A stretch of 64,000 bases of DNA from an uncultured delta proteobacterium (GTDB lineage Bacteria > Desulfobacterota > Binatia > Bin18): positions 1-64,000 of the forward strand of contig CAVTCR010000086.1 of assembly GCA_963733195.1 (NCBI GenBank). Reading direction: 5' to 3'. A program made the position numbers and the translations under genes. This document shows positions 19,897-30,457 of this stretch, one piece after another. Under the pieces are notes generated by a model. That model did no database searches. It was given only the letters and a program-made list of their open reading frames with translations, and was not told the DNA's origin. How positions within the stretch are numbered: the first letter of the stretch is position 1; each line of letters starts with the position of its first letter.

Positions 19897-22329
19897 TTAC
19901 TTCAGCCCCGCTTTGCGCAACGCGGCAATATGCCGCTCCAACACCGCTGGATCTTTGATCGGCATTCTCTGCTTGTGAACTTCCAGTGAGAACTTGGGAT
20001 TGAGTCGCAGCACTTCGGCGGCTTCCGCCCGCGCCTCGGCAGTTTGGCCTAACTCGCTGTAGACCGCAGCCAGCATGAGATGGGCAGGCAGAATGTTGGG
20101 ATAGCGGCTGAGGTAGCGCTGCAAGGGAGCACGCGCCTCTTCGTAGCGTCCCGGCCACCGCATAGGCAGTGCCGACGCTGGCTAAGTGGGCGTCCACAAC
20201 AAGGGCTTCAGGCGCAGCGCCTGTGCGGCGGCCTCCAGGGCGTCCTCCGACCGGCCCATATGGCTCAGCACCTCCGCCAGAGCCGCATAGCTCCCTGCCT
20301 CGGTAGGAGCAAGGGCCACGGCCCGCTCCATCTCCGCCAGGGCCTGGTCATACTGCTGTTGGTAGAGATAGATCCAGCCCAAGACTATGTGGTTCCAGTG
20401 GAGGGAGTCATGGAGGGCCAGGGCCCGTTGCCCCGCCGCCACTGCCGGCTCCAACGTCTGGGCAGCTGGGCTCTGTTGAGCGACCCACTGCCATAGGTAG
20501 CTGCCAGCCAGGTGAAGGTGGGCATACGATAAAATTGGGGTCCCGGCTGATGGCTTCCTTCAGCGTGGCGATCGCCTCGGCATACCGCCCGGTCATGCGG
20601 TAGGCCCAGCCCAACTAGAATAAGTACCAGGGTGGACAGCGGGGGTTGAGCCGCATCGCCTGCTCCACTGACTGCAGAGCCTCCTCTGGCCGGCCCGCGA
20701 AGTTCAGCACCTCCGCCTGTACGGCATAGCTGTCCGCATAGTTGGGATCGAGAGCGACCGCCCGTTCGCCCTCGGCTATGAGCTTGGTCATACTGCTGTT
20801 TCTGCGGCATAGACGATGCTCAAGAGCGAATGGGCTGTCGGCAGGGAGTCGTCCAGGGCAAGCAGCCTGTTGCGCGAGCGCCAACACGCGCTCCAGGGTC
20901 TGGGGGTCCGCACTCCAGCGAAAGCCCCACTCTATCCAGTAGGTCCACACCCAGCTACGCGTACGCCTCGGCATACTGTGGGTCCAGGGCAATGGCCTTC
21001 TCAAACAGCTGCCGCGCCTGGGCATTGGCCTCTTTCGTGAAGCGGCAATGATACTCCTGCCCGCGCAAGAAGGCATCGTAGGCCTCCAGGTTGTCGGTGT
21101 GTTTGCGCACGACGTACCCTTGCTCTTGCAACGTGAGCTGCAGCTTCAGCGTGGTCACGATCTTCTGCACGATCTCATCTTGGAGCGCGAAGAGGTCTTG
21201 CAGCGGACGGTCGTAGCGCTGCGACCACAGGTGCCCGCCGGTCGTGGTATCAAGTAACTGGGTCACGATCCGGATGTGCTCCCCCGCCTTCTGCACGCTG
21301 CCTTCCAGGACGTAGCGTACGCCCAGTTCTTTCCCCACGTCTTGTATATTCACCGGTTTCCCCTGGTACGTGAAGGCCGTGTTGCGGGCGATGACGAAGA
21401 GGCTGGAGATGCGGGAGAGGTCAGAGGTGAGCACTTCGGTGATCCCGTTGCTGAAGTAGTCCTGCTCGGGATCTTTACTCATGTTGTCGAAGGGCAGGAC
21501 GACGATGGAGGGTTTGTCGGGGAGCGGCAGCGCCGCTGGCGCGGCCTGGGAGCTGGGGGCTAAGGGCTGGGTGCTGGTAGGAAAGGAGAAATAACGGACA
21601 GTGACGAACGTTGCCGCGATGAGCACCAGCCCCGCCAGCAACAGTCCTCCCCTGCGTTTCAGTTGAGCAGCCTTGATGGAGCGTGAGCGCAATCCAGGAC
21701 CCGGTGATTTCCAGATTCCGCTGCGCTTCATCTCCGTTCGTGCTGAGCGTGTCGAAGCACGGCTTGCTCGGCCAGGGTCGCTGCGGCTTCGTCCATCACT
21801 ACCCGATACGTTCGTACCGGCTTGGCGATGTTCTTGACCGTCTGCTCACCCTGATAGTCGTAGTTCAGCGCAAGCTTGTTCTCGACCTGATCGTACACCG
21901 TGCCAGAGATGCAGATCCCACCGGGAACCGCGAGGCTTTCCAACCGCGCGGCGATGTTGACCCCATCGCCATAGAGTCGCTCGCCTTCGACGATCACATC
22001 GCCCAAGTTAATGCCAATGCGAAACTGCATCTGCCGCTGTTCCAGGCAGCTCTGCGTTCTTCTCTTTGAGTGCGTGCTGAATCTCGACTGCGCAGCGCAC
22101 CGCATCGACCACACTGGCGAACTCGGCCAGGAGATTATCTCCAGGCGAATCCACCACTCGCCCACGGTAGCGCTGGATGAGGGAAGAGATCAGGGTACGG
22201 TAGGCGGTGAGGGTGCGGATGGTGGCTTCTTCATCGTCGCCCATGAGACGACTGTAGCCCGCGACATCCGTGCTGAAGATCGCCGCCAGCTTGCGCTGCC
22301 ATCCCGACGGAGGTCGTCTGCTCAGGCAT
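19897..22329 (-). pseudogene. Class III adenylate/guanylate cyclase-TM-TolB-like-TPR protein, multiple frameshifts
   Basis: DVAGYSRLMGDDE, FRIGINLGDV, GDGVNIAARLE, LPDKPSIVVLPF, TPRs, ending LRKAGLK; collinear with intact paralog 59702-61636. Confidence 0.85.
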
Positions 22330-22412
22330 GGCTCCTCCTCTTCGCGGCTGATTATCCGGCTGATAGCTTGCCTCTGTCAATCGCTGGACGTCACTCGTCC
22401 GTACGAATCATA

Positions 22413-22457
22413 CTGAACTCGCACGAAGTTAAGTATCTTCTTATTGGTGGTTACGCC
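22413..22457 (+). pseudogene. Short nucleotidyltransferase-family gene remnant
   Basis: LNSHEVKYLLIGGYA resembles the N-terminal motif of that family; no continuation. Confidence 0.4.
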
Positions 22458-22657
22458 AAACTAGAATCGGACTACACGACATTGGCACAGTTCCTCACAA
22501 AATGCCCCCGCACCTGCTGACGAGATGCATCTTGGCTTGCGACAGGCTCAGGACAGGCTTTGCGAAAGGGGGCATTCGGGTTCCCTCCTTTGAAAAAGGA
22601 GGGACAGGGAGGATTTCACAGCAAGTGCTACAGTGTACGAATCTTCTGTGGTTCGAT

Positions 22658-22888
22658 TTAGTCCTCAATAATCGACCGTAAAATCGTCCGCCAACCAGCC
22701 GCTGTCAGTCGACCCTCTAAGCCATACGGTTGGAGATCAGCGACCGTGAGCATGCGAATCACCTTCCACCCTCCATCTCTGTCGTCTCCTGGAGGGCGTG
22801 GCCCGATGATCAGCTCGATCACCGCCGGTGGAAGGTTGAGACTGTTCGCCATGTGTTGGACATATTCTTCTCTACTGATACGCGCCAT
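22658..22888 (-). CDS. Hypothetical protein (76 aa)
   Basis: MARISREEYVQHMANSLNLP...; fills the gap divergent from the heme-binding gene. Confidence 0.5.
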   Translation of the reverse strand: MARISREEYVQHMANSLNLPPAVIELIIGPRPPGDDRDGGWKVIRMLTVADLQPYGLEGRLTAAGWRTILRSIIED

Positions 22889-22898
22889 AGTGCTTCGT

Positions 22899-22939
22899 AG
22901 TGTATTCACTTGACCCCCGAGGTCAAGGCGAGGTAACGT
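22899..22939. promoter_or_regulatory. Candidate bidirectional sigma70 promoter / dyad operator CTTGACC-N5-GGTCAAG
   Basis: TTGACC-18-TAACGT on +, TTGACC-16-TACACT on -, between divergent genes. Confidence 0.4.
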
Positions 22940-22985
22940 CTCCTTGCCGATCAATCCAATCAGTCTACAGAAGGAGGAAGTTTTT

Positions 22986-23396
22986 ATGGCACTGACATTA
23001 GAACTGGCGGAAAAGTTTATCGCAGGCGCGAAAGCAAAAGCGGTCAAAGAAGGCTGGGGCATGAGCTTGGCCGTTGTGGACCCAACCGGCCATTTAGTAG
23101 CATTTTCGCGTATGGATACCGCGCGCTGGCTCACTGCCAGTGTGGCACCGAGCAAAGCGTTTACCGCAGCGACATTGCGTCGGACCTCGGCTGAAGTTGC
23201 AGAACTCGCTAAACAGCGTCCACAATTAGTCGAGAGTATCGCTAACCTTGCGGGCCGTCCGTTGCTGCTTGCTGGAGGCGGGCTACCACTGATTATCAAA
23301 GGAGAACTTCTCGGCGGCGTTGGCGCCAGCGGTGGCACCGAAGAGCAAGACGTCGAGTGTGCCCGCGCGGGTCTGGCCGCTATTGGAGCGGAGTAA
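22986..23396 (+). CDS. GlcG/HbpS heme-binding protein
   Basis: LAVVDPTGHL..FSRMD, KAFTAA, GGVGASGGTEEQD. Confidence 0.9.
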   Translation: MALTLELAEKFIAGAKAKAVKEGWGMSLAVVDPTGHLVAFSRMDTARWLTASVAPSKAFTAATLRRTSAEVAELAKQRPQLVESIANLAGRPLLLAGGGLPLIIKGELLGGVGASGGTEEQDVECARAGLAAIGAE

Positions 23397-23442
23397 AATT
23401 TTATTACGAGCGACCTTCAGCAGAAAAACGACGCTTCGGGTA

Positions 23443-23658
23443 TGTCACTCTGAACGAAGTGAAGAGTCTCTCAGAGAGATTCTTCGCTTTCGCTGCTCAG
23501 AAACAAATCTTCAGTCCTCCGTCCCAGGCTCTGCCTGGAACGGCAGTAGTCAGGAGACTCCGTCTCATTCCGTCCCCAGGCAGAGCCTGGGGACGAGCAC
23601 GTGTCCCGTTTTTACTTGAAGGCTTAGCGCCCGCGCTATGGGCGACTCAGAATGACAC
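23443..23658. repeat. Composite nested palindromic (REP-like) element
   Basis: Outer TGTCACTCTGA...TCAGAATGACA; inner CCAGGCTCTGCCTGG / CCAGGCAGAGCCTGG pair; flanks shared with 61778-62051. Confidence 0.8.
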
Positions 23659-23707
23659 ATCAGGAACGTTATATCGTAAAGTGAGATTACCAGGTAAGGA
23701 GGGAAGC

Positions 23708-25434
23708 ATGCCCGACTCTCTCAAGATCGATTTGAATGTCGAAATTCCTTTACGCGACAGCGTCAAAACCCGTGCGGATGTCTATCGCCCAGACGACACC
23801 AGCAAGCATCCTGTGCTGCTAGCACGATTGCCGTACAGCAAAGACCTTTCACCGATTTCACTGTCACTGCTCAGCCCGATTCGTGCCGCCAAAAAAGGCT
23901 ACGTCGTTGTTATTCAAGACACGCGCGGTCGCTTCAAATCAGATGGTCAGTTTTCGTTGTTTGTTGGTGAAGCTGAGGATGGTTTTGACACGGTTGCATG
24001 GTGTGCCGCGCAACCGTGGTCGAGTGGCAAGGTAGGAATGTACGGCGCGTCCTACTTCGGCGCGACGCAGTGGCTTACAGCGACAGCGGCTCCACCAGCA
24101 TTGAAGGCGATGGTACCGACGATCACCTCCTCTGATTATTACGAAGGTTGGACCTATCAAGGTGGCGCGTTTCAGCAAGGCTTCATCCAGTTTTGGACTG
24201 CAGGCATGGCTGCCGAGACGATCACTCGGTTGTCCGATGGTCCACCTGACGCACGCAAGAAACTTTATGGTTCGATCTTCGACATGCCCGGAGCGTATCG
24301 TCGCTTGCCACTTGCTGATTTTCCTCCAGGGACCGTGCCCGGCTTGATGGATCACTATCAAACCTGGCTCAAGCATCCTTCACTGGATGAATACTGGGAA
24401 CAGTATACGCATCGAATCCAAGTATGAACAGATCGATACTGCCGCTTTACACATCGGTGGCTGGTACGACATTTTCCTTGAAGGAACGCTACGTAACTTC
24501 ATTGGCATGCAGAAACGCGGCAAAAGCGCCTGGGCGCGGCAGAAGCAACGCTTGATTGTCGGGCCGTGGTTACATGGGTTGTTTGAGCGTGAAGTCGGCG
24601 AGCAGGATTTTGGTCCTGGTGCGTTGCCCGATGCCGTTGATCTTGGTGGACAGCATTTGCAATGGTTCGACCATTGTCTGCAAGATCAACCTGATAACGG
24701 CGCGCCAGTGCGACTATTTGTGATGGGGACCAACGTTTGGCGCAATGAAAATGAGTGGCCGCTCGCTCGTGCAGTACCGACACGGTACTACCTTACCAGT
24801 AACGATGCGGCTAACAGTCTTCGTGGCGATGGTCAACTCACCACTCAACTTCAGTCTCATACAGCCAGTGACAAATTTCTTTATGACCCAGAACGTCCGG
24901 TGCCAACCTGTGGTGGCTGTACACTCATGGCTGGGCCACTGAGTGCTGGGCCACGTGATCAACGTAGCGTTGAAGAGCGGGATGATGTGCTGGTGTATAC
25001 CTCTGTTCCTCTCGACAAACCGCTTGAAGTCACAGGCACGGTTGAAGCTGTCGTGTATGCATCCACAGATGGGCGAGACACTGACTTCACTGCCAAGTTG
25101 GTTGATGTGGCCTCTGATGGTCGTGCGATCAATCTTTGTGACGGTATTGTCCGTGCACGTTACCGCAACTCGTTGCGTCACGCAGAATTTCTGGAGTCAG
25201 GAAAAGTATACGAGTATCGTATCCTGCTCGGCTCAACCAGTTTCGTTTTTGCGCCTGGTCACCGCATTCGCCTAGAAGATCTCAAGCAGTAATTTTCCAC
25301 GTTTTGATCGCAATCTGAATACTGGTGGTGACATTGCGACTGAGACGATCGGACGTCCGGCAGTACAGCAGGTGTTTCACGGTGGAACGAGGGTGTCACA
25401 TGTGGTGTTGCCGATGGTACCGCAGAAGACATAA
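23708..25434 (+). CDS. CocE/NonD family hydrolase, two frameshifts (~24410, ~25280)
   Basis: QDTRGRFKSDG, GMYGASY, GGWYD, VGPWLH, SNFPRFDRNLNTG. Confidence 0.9.
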
Positions 25435-25515
25435 TGACGTAAAACGTAATACGTGACACACGCTGTTTCGTGATGCATGAAATGCGATCGTAATAGGACG
25501 ATATGGAATCCAACC

Positions 25516-26518
25516 ATGACCAAAGTCTGCATTTCCTTCGCTGGTGTTGCAGCGCTGAGTGGCTTTCCTGAATTTCCCGCCGCTGCGGCTGAGCAACTCC
25601 AAGCAGAGTTCCCTCAAGCGAACATCGTGCTTGTTCGTGAGCCCGACCCGAAACGACGTCGAGCTATATTTTCTGACACCGATGTGCTCTTCGCCGTTCG
25701 GTTCAGTCCCGAAGATTTTGCCGCCGCCAGACAACTCAAATGGTTACATCTGTCCTCTGCCGGGGCAACACATGTGCTGTTTCCTGAGATGATAGCAAGT
25801 AACGTGCAAGTCACAAACTCACGGGGACTTCATGGTGTTCCGATTGCCGAGCATGTGCTCGGAGTTATGATCATCTTGGCACGACAACTCCATCAGGCCT
25901 ATCGCATTCAACTCGAAGGACGCTGGGCGAGGCGGGAAATGTTCGACCTATACCCTACTTTCCGTGAACTCTCCGGCGAAACTGTTGGGATTGTCGGCTT
26001 GGGCAGTATCGGTCTTGCCATTGCTGAACGCACGAAAGCCATGGGTATGCGGGTCCTGGCCACTAAACGGAGTGGTGGTGCGAAACCTGCGTGTGTTGAT
26101 GAATTGTTTGGGCCAACAGATCTACATACGCTGCTGCGAGCTTCAGACTTTGTCGTCATTGCCGCTCCGCTCACTCCAGAAACTCAAGGACTGATTGGTG
26201 AGGCAGAGTTACGAGTAATGAAACCAACCGCCTTTATTCTCAATATTGGTCGCGGTGCCATCATTCAGGAAAACGTTCTCATTCGTGCACTCAAGGAAAA
26301 GTGGATCGCTGGTGCAGGACTCGATGTGACAGAAGTCGAACCCTTACCAGCAGAGAGTGAGTTGTTCCGTTTGCCCAACGTTTTCTTGACGCCGCATTAT
26401 TCTGGATTCCGCTCGAATTATTGGCAGCATGCTTTGGCAATCTTCAAGCCCAATCTGAGCAAATATCCTGCAAGGTGAACCGCTCAATAACGTCGTCGAC
26501 AAACAGGCGGGGTACTAA
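25516..26518 (+). CDS. D-2-hydroxyacid dehydrogenase; frameshift near 3' end
   Basis: GIVGLGSIG, NIGRG, GLDVTEVEPLP, LTPH; tail GEPLNNVVDKQAGY in shifted frame. Confidence 0.9.
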
Positions 26519-26645
26519 CGACGTGAAACGTAATGTGTGAAACGCGATGCAGACTGGATTCTGACTTCTGAATTCGGGTACCCTTTTTACGTTTTACGAT
26601 TTACGTTTTAATGAAGCGCAATTTCTAACGAGAGGAGTTACTGGA

Positions 26646-27411
26646 ATGAATCTGCAAGGTGCTGGCGCAATCGTCACTGGCGGAGGGTCTGGTCTAGGTG
26701 AGGCAACGGTTCGTGCGTTTGCCGCCAAGGGAGCAAAAGTTGCAATTTTCGATCTGGCGAAATCCAATGGAGCAGCAATCGCTAAAGAGCTGGGTGGAGT
26801 TTTTGCTGAGGTTGACGTCACCAATAATGATCAACTCGCTGCTGCAGTAGACAACGCAGTCAAAGCGTTTGGGGCAGTTCACATTGTGGTCAACTGTGCC
26901 GGCATCGGTACTGCGGGAAAGACCCTTGGTAAAGGAGAAGTACCGCTTGATCTCGAACCGTTCCGTCGCACGATTGAGATCAACTTGATTGGCACGTTTA
27001 ACACGATTCGTCTCGCAGCCGCGAAGATGGCGAAGAATACACCGAATGTTGATGGTGAACGTGGAGTGATTATCAACACCGCCTCGGTTGCCGCATTTGA
27101 AGGACAGATTGGTCAGGCAGCGTACTCTGCCTCGAAAGGTGGAGTCGTTGGGATCACCTTGCCAATTGCACGTGATCTGGCGAGTTACGGAATTCGCGTA
27201 TGCACCATTGCTCCAGGGATTTTTGAGACACCAATGCTGATGGGCTTGCCAGAAGCAGCACGTCAAGTCACTCGGCGCACAGGTTCCGTTTCCGTCACGT
27301 CTGGGCCGTCCGTCCGAATATGCGCAACTTGCCTGCCATATTGTTGAGAATCCAATGCTCAACGGTGAGACCATCCGCCTGGACGGCGCGATTCGCATGC
27401 AGCCGCGCTAA
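26646..27411 (+). CDS. Type II 3-hydroxyacyl-CoA dehydrogenase (SDR); frameshift ~27270
   Basis: [22 protein letters not shown]; tail [17 protein letters not shown]. Confidence 0.9.
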
Positions 27412-27471
27412 TTAGTATTATTCCCGAGTCCAAGGCACGCCTGGTACGTTTATAACAGGCAAGGAGGTGAC

Positions 27472-27885
27472 ATGAAACGTACCGTTATCATGTATAGTGT
27501 GTGTGCCTTACTTTCTCTCTTCCCTCTTTCCGCGTACGCTCAATGCCCTATGCAAACGAAATGGCTGCAGCGCCTGATTACCCGCCTGCAATCAGAACCA
27601 GTGCGCAATCCACCGGCTAAGATTCTCCGTTATACCTATTCCCAGAGGTCATACTACTACGTACCACCGGCAGCCGGAGATCAATTCAGTTCACTGTACA
27701 ACGCAGTTGGTAAAGAAATTTGCGCACCAGATGGCGGAATCTCCGGCGCTGGAGATGGCAAGTGCCCAGCTTTCGTCCCCAAGCTGTTGAACTCCCGTAC
27801 GCCTGGTGAAGTTGTATGGCAGGATGCACGAGAGAGCACATCGAAGGAGACGCAAAAACCGGGGCTTAAAATTCAAGTGAAATAG
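27472..27885 (+). CDS. Secreted DUF6970-like protein
   Basis: Signal peptide; NPPAKI..Y.Y, ICAPDGGISGAGDGKCPAF. Confidence 0.65.
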   Translation: MKRTVIMYSVCALLSLFPLSAYAQCPMQTKWLQRLITRLQSEPVRNPPAKILRYTYSQRSYYYVPPAAGDQFSSLYNAVGKEICAPDGGISGAGDGKCPAFVPKLLNSRTPGEVVWQDARESTSKETQKPGLKIQVK

Positions 27886-27990
27886 GAGCGAGAGCGAAGC
27901 TGCTGTAGACGAGAGTGTTATAGATAGTCGTTCTCAGGTCAGGATATCTACCTTCTTGAGGACTTCTCGCAAGAGCCTTATGGCTGTTTG

Positions 27991-28025
27991 CGACACGCGA
28001 GGCTATCGCGTGTCGGTATTTTCTT
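27991..28025 (+). terminator. Intrinsic terminator-like hairpin
   Basis: CGACACGCGA-ggcta-TCGCGTGTCG (10 bp stem) then GTATTTTCTT, between convergent genes. Confidence 0.6.
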
Positions 28026-28057
28026 GCCCAGGAGTCAAATGAAACAAAAAGTGATAA

Positions 28058-28678
28058 CTAGTATACTGGATCTTGCGTCTCTGCCTGAGGGCTAGGAGCG
28101 CGCGGCGTGGAAGTAAACGCCTCCCGGTAGACGGAAATCTCAACTCTCCGGTTCAGACTTTTTCCTTCCGCCGTCTCATTATCGGTCACCGGTTTATCTT
28201 CACCGTAGGACACGGTTGTCACACGAAAAGGATCGATACCTTGTTCCGTCAAATACAGTGCGACACTCGCGGCCCGCTTCTGTCCTAGCTCATAGTTTTT
28301 CTCTTCAGAGCCTGTTGCATCTGTGTGTCCTGCTACTAAGAATACCAAGCCCTCGGCATCTCCTAGGTCACTTAAGAAACCAGAAACTGCCTGTTTTCCA
28401 TCCTCCGAGAGACTGGAGGAACCGGAAGTAAACTTAGATCCACCTTTGAGATTCAAGACAAACTGTCGTTCCAAACGCAAATTGTTGAAGCGCGCAAGTG
28501 CCTCATTGGCTTTCGTATCGACCTCTCCTATACGTTGCTCTGTCACTGTTACCCGCTGGGCAAGTGGCGTCATCTGTTCGAGAACCCATTGTCGTGTTGC
28601 ACAACCTGACAAGCTTCCTATGAGCATCACATTAGAGCAAACCGTCCAGAACCTTTTCTTTCCATCTCGTGCTTGCAT
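28058..28678 (-). CDS. OmpA-family lipoprotein
   Basis: Lipobox LSGC, GHTDATGSEEKNYELGQKRA, NRRVEI. Confidence 0.9.
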   Translation of the reverse strand: MQARDGKKRFWTVCSNVMLIGSLSGCATRQWVLEQMTPLAQRVTVTEQRIGEVDTKANEALARFNNLRLERQFVLNLKGGSKFTSGSSSLSEDGKQAVSGFLSDLGDAEGLVFLVAGHTDATGSEEKNYELGQKRAASVALYLTEQGIDPFRVTTVSYGEDKPVTDNETAEGKSLNRRVEISVYREAFTSTPRAPSPQAETQDPVY

Positions 28679-29067
28679 AACATTCCATTCCTTACCTAGC
28701 GTTTTTATACGGCATGTTGCTAGTCTTCATGTCTTCTTCTTTTGCCCTGAATCACGGAAGGGGCAGATGTGTCCTCTATAACACTGCTCTGACTTTTAGC
28801 CAAACTACACAATCTTGCTTTCTACCGCAGAGGGCGTAACCCTGTATGTTAGATGCTGCGGACTGTACGTTTCAATCCTCCCAATCTTGAGGTTAGTTGC
28901 TACAGAGCAGGATAGGGGTTGATTTGTATATTTTGACAGTTTCAATGCTCACCCAACCGGTGAGGGTCGGATGCTACGTGCGCAACATTGGTATTAACAA
29001 TGCCTCGCGGTTGAGTTTCGACGCTGGGCACTTAGAACTCCAGACGCAGAGACGCTCAGACCTTGTC

Positions 29068-29740
29068 TTATTGCATCTCCTCCAACACCGGTTCAAGGAT
29101 CTTCCACACGTTCTCTGCCACGATCTTATGCCCTGCGGGCGCAGGATGAATCCCATCAGGTAAATTGAGCTCTGGAGACCCCGCCGACTCCTTCTAACAG
29201 GAACGGCACTAACGCCACACGGTTTTTCTTTGCTAGCTCAGGAAAGATGCCGCGAAATTGCGTGACATAATCTCTTCCTAAATTTGCTGGAATCTCCATA
29301 CCCGCAAGTACAATTCGTACAGACGGATATTTATCGCGCACTCGGTCAATGATCGTTTGGAGATTCTGTTTCGCCTGTGCAACTGGGAGTCCAAGCAGAC
29401 CGTCATTTGCCCCCAATTCTAAGACAAAGACATCAATCGGCCGCTGTAACACCCACTCAATCCTTCGCACACCACCAGCGGTAGTCTCGCCACTCAATCC
29501 TGCATTCACTACCTGAAAGTCCCAGCCACGTTGCTTAATTTTCTCTTGAATCAGCGCAGGAAATGCTTGCTGTGGATCTAAGCCCAAACCCGCCGTCAAG
29601 CTGTTACCAAAGAATACGATGGCTTTGCCTTGGCCACCATTTCTCGTACTATGCTGAGGTGCATCGGCACGGCACGCAGACACCCAACCACCAAGAACGA
29701 ATACCAGAGTGAGAAGCGAAACCTCTTTGAGACGAAACAT
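29068..29740 (-). CDS. tesA: Arylesterase/acyl-CoA thioesterase I (SGNH); frameshift ~29175
   Basis: FFGNSLTAG, NAGLSGETT, ELGANDG; DGIHP in shifted frame. Confidence 0.85.
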
Positions 29741-30457
29741 ATGGCGGAATCTCCCATTCTCGACGTACAACAGGTGAGCAAAGTGTATCATAGCGCCCGC
29801 GATACGCTCACGGTCCTTCGTGGAGTATCGTTTACCCTCGACGCAGGAGCAACGTGCGCTATCGTTGGTCCTTCTGGTAGTGGCAAGACGACATTGCTTA
29901 GTCTGTGCGCCGGGCTTGATCGTCCCAGCTCGGGAACGGTTGTGCTCCAAGGAGTTTCGCTCAAGCTCTTGAGTGAAGAAGAACTGGCAACACTTCGCAA
30001 CACTACGGTTGGATTCATCTTTCAGACTTTCCAATTACTTCCGACATTGACTGCGTTAGAGAATGTTATGGTCCCGGCAGAATTACGTGGCGACAAACAC
30101 GCGAAAACCCGTGCCGTTGACCTGCTCCGGCGGGTTGGGCTGGTTGACCGACTCCATCATTACCCGGTGCAACTCTCTGGTGGTGAGCAACAGCGGGTGG
30201 CCCTCGCGCGCGCGTTCATCGGCCCTCCTCGTGTCCTCTTTGCTGACGAACCGACGGGCAATCTCGACGCAGAAACCAGCGAGACAATTATTCACTTCTT
30301 GTTTGAATTGAACCAAGACGCCGGCACGACATTGCTGCTCGTCACCCACGACATGGAACTCGCGCAACGCACCCAGCGCATCATTCATTTGAAGGGAGGG
30401 GCCGTCACTTCCGATACCGCAACTCCCACCCTACGACTTCCTTCACGGTATGTATAA
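29741..30457 (+). CDS. ybbA: ABC transporter ATP-binding protein (YbbA-like)
   Basis: [25 protein letters not shown]; synteny with tesA and permease. Confidence 0.88.
   Translation: MAESPILDVQQVSKVYHSARDTLTVLRGVSFTLDAGATCAIVGPSGSGKTTLLSLCAGLDRPSSGTVVLQGVSLKLLSEEELATLRNTTVGFIFQTFQLLPTLTALENVMVPAELRGDKHAKTRAVDLLRRVGLVDRLHHYPVQLSGGEQQRVALARAFIGPPRVLFADEPTGNLDAETSETIIHFLFELNQDAGTTLLLVTHDMELAQRTQRIIHLKGGAVTSDTATPTLRLPSRYV

Noticed and set aside
23357-23707. Long N-terminal extension of the CocE ORF in the track
   Set aside because: It reads through a repeat element; the real start is ATG 23708 with an AAGGAGG SD.
28680-29060. Long leader upstream of the OmpA gene as a riboswitch
   Set aside because: No recognisable riboswitch consensus by eye; a covariance-model search would be needed.
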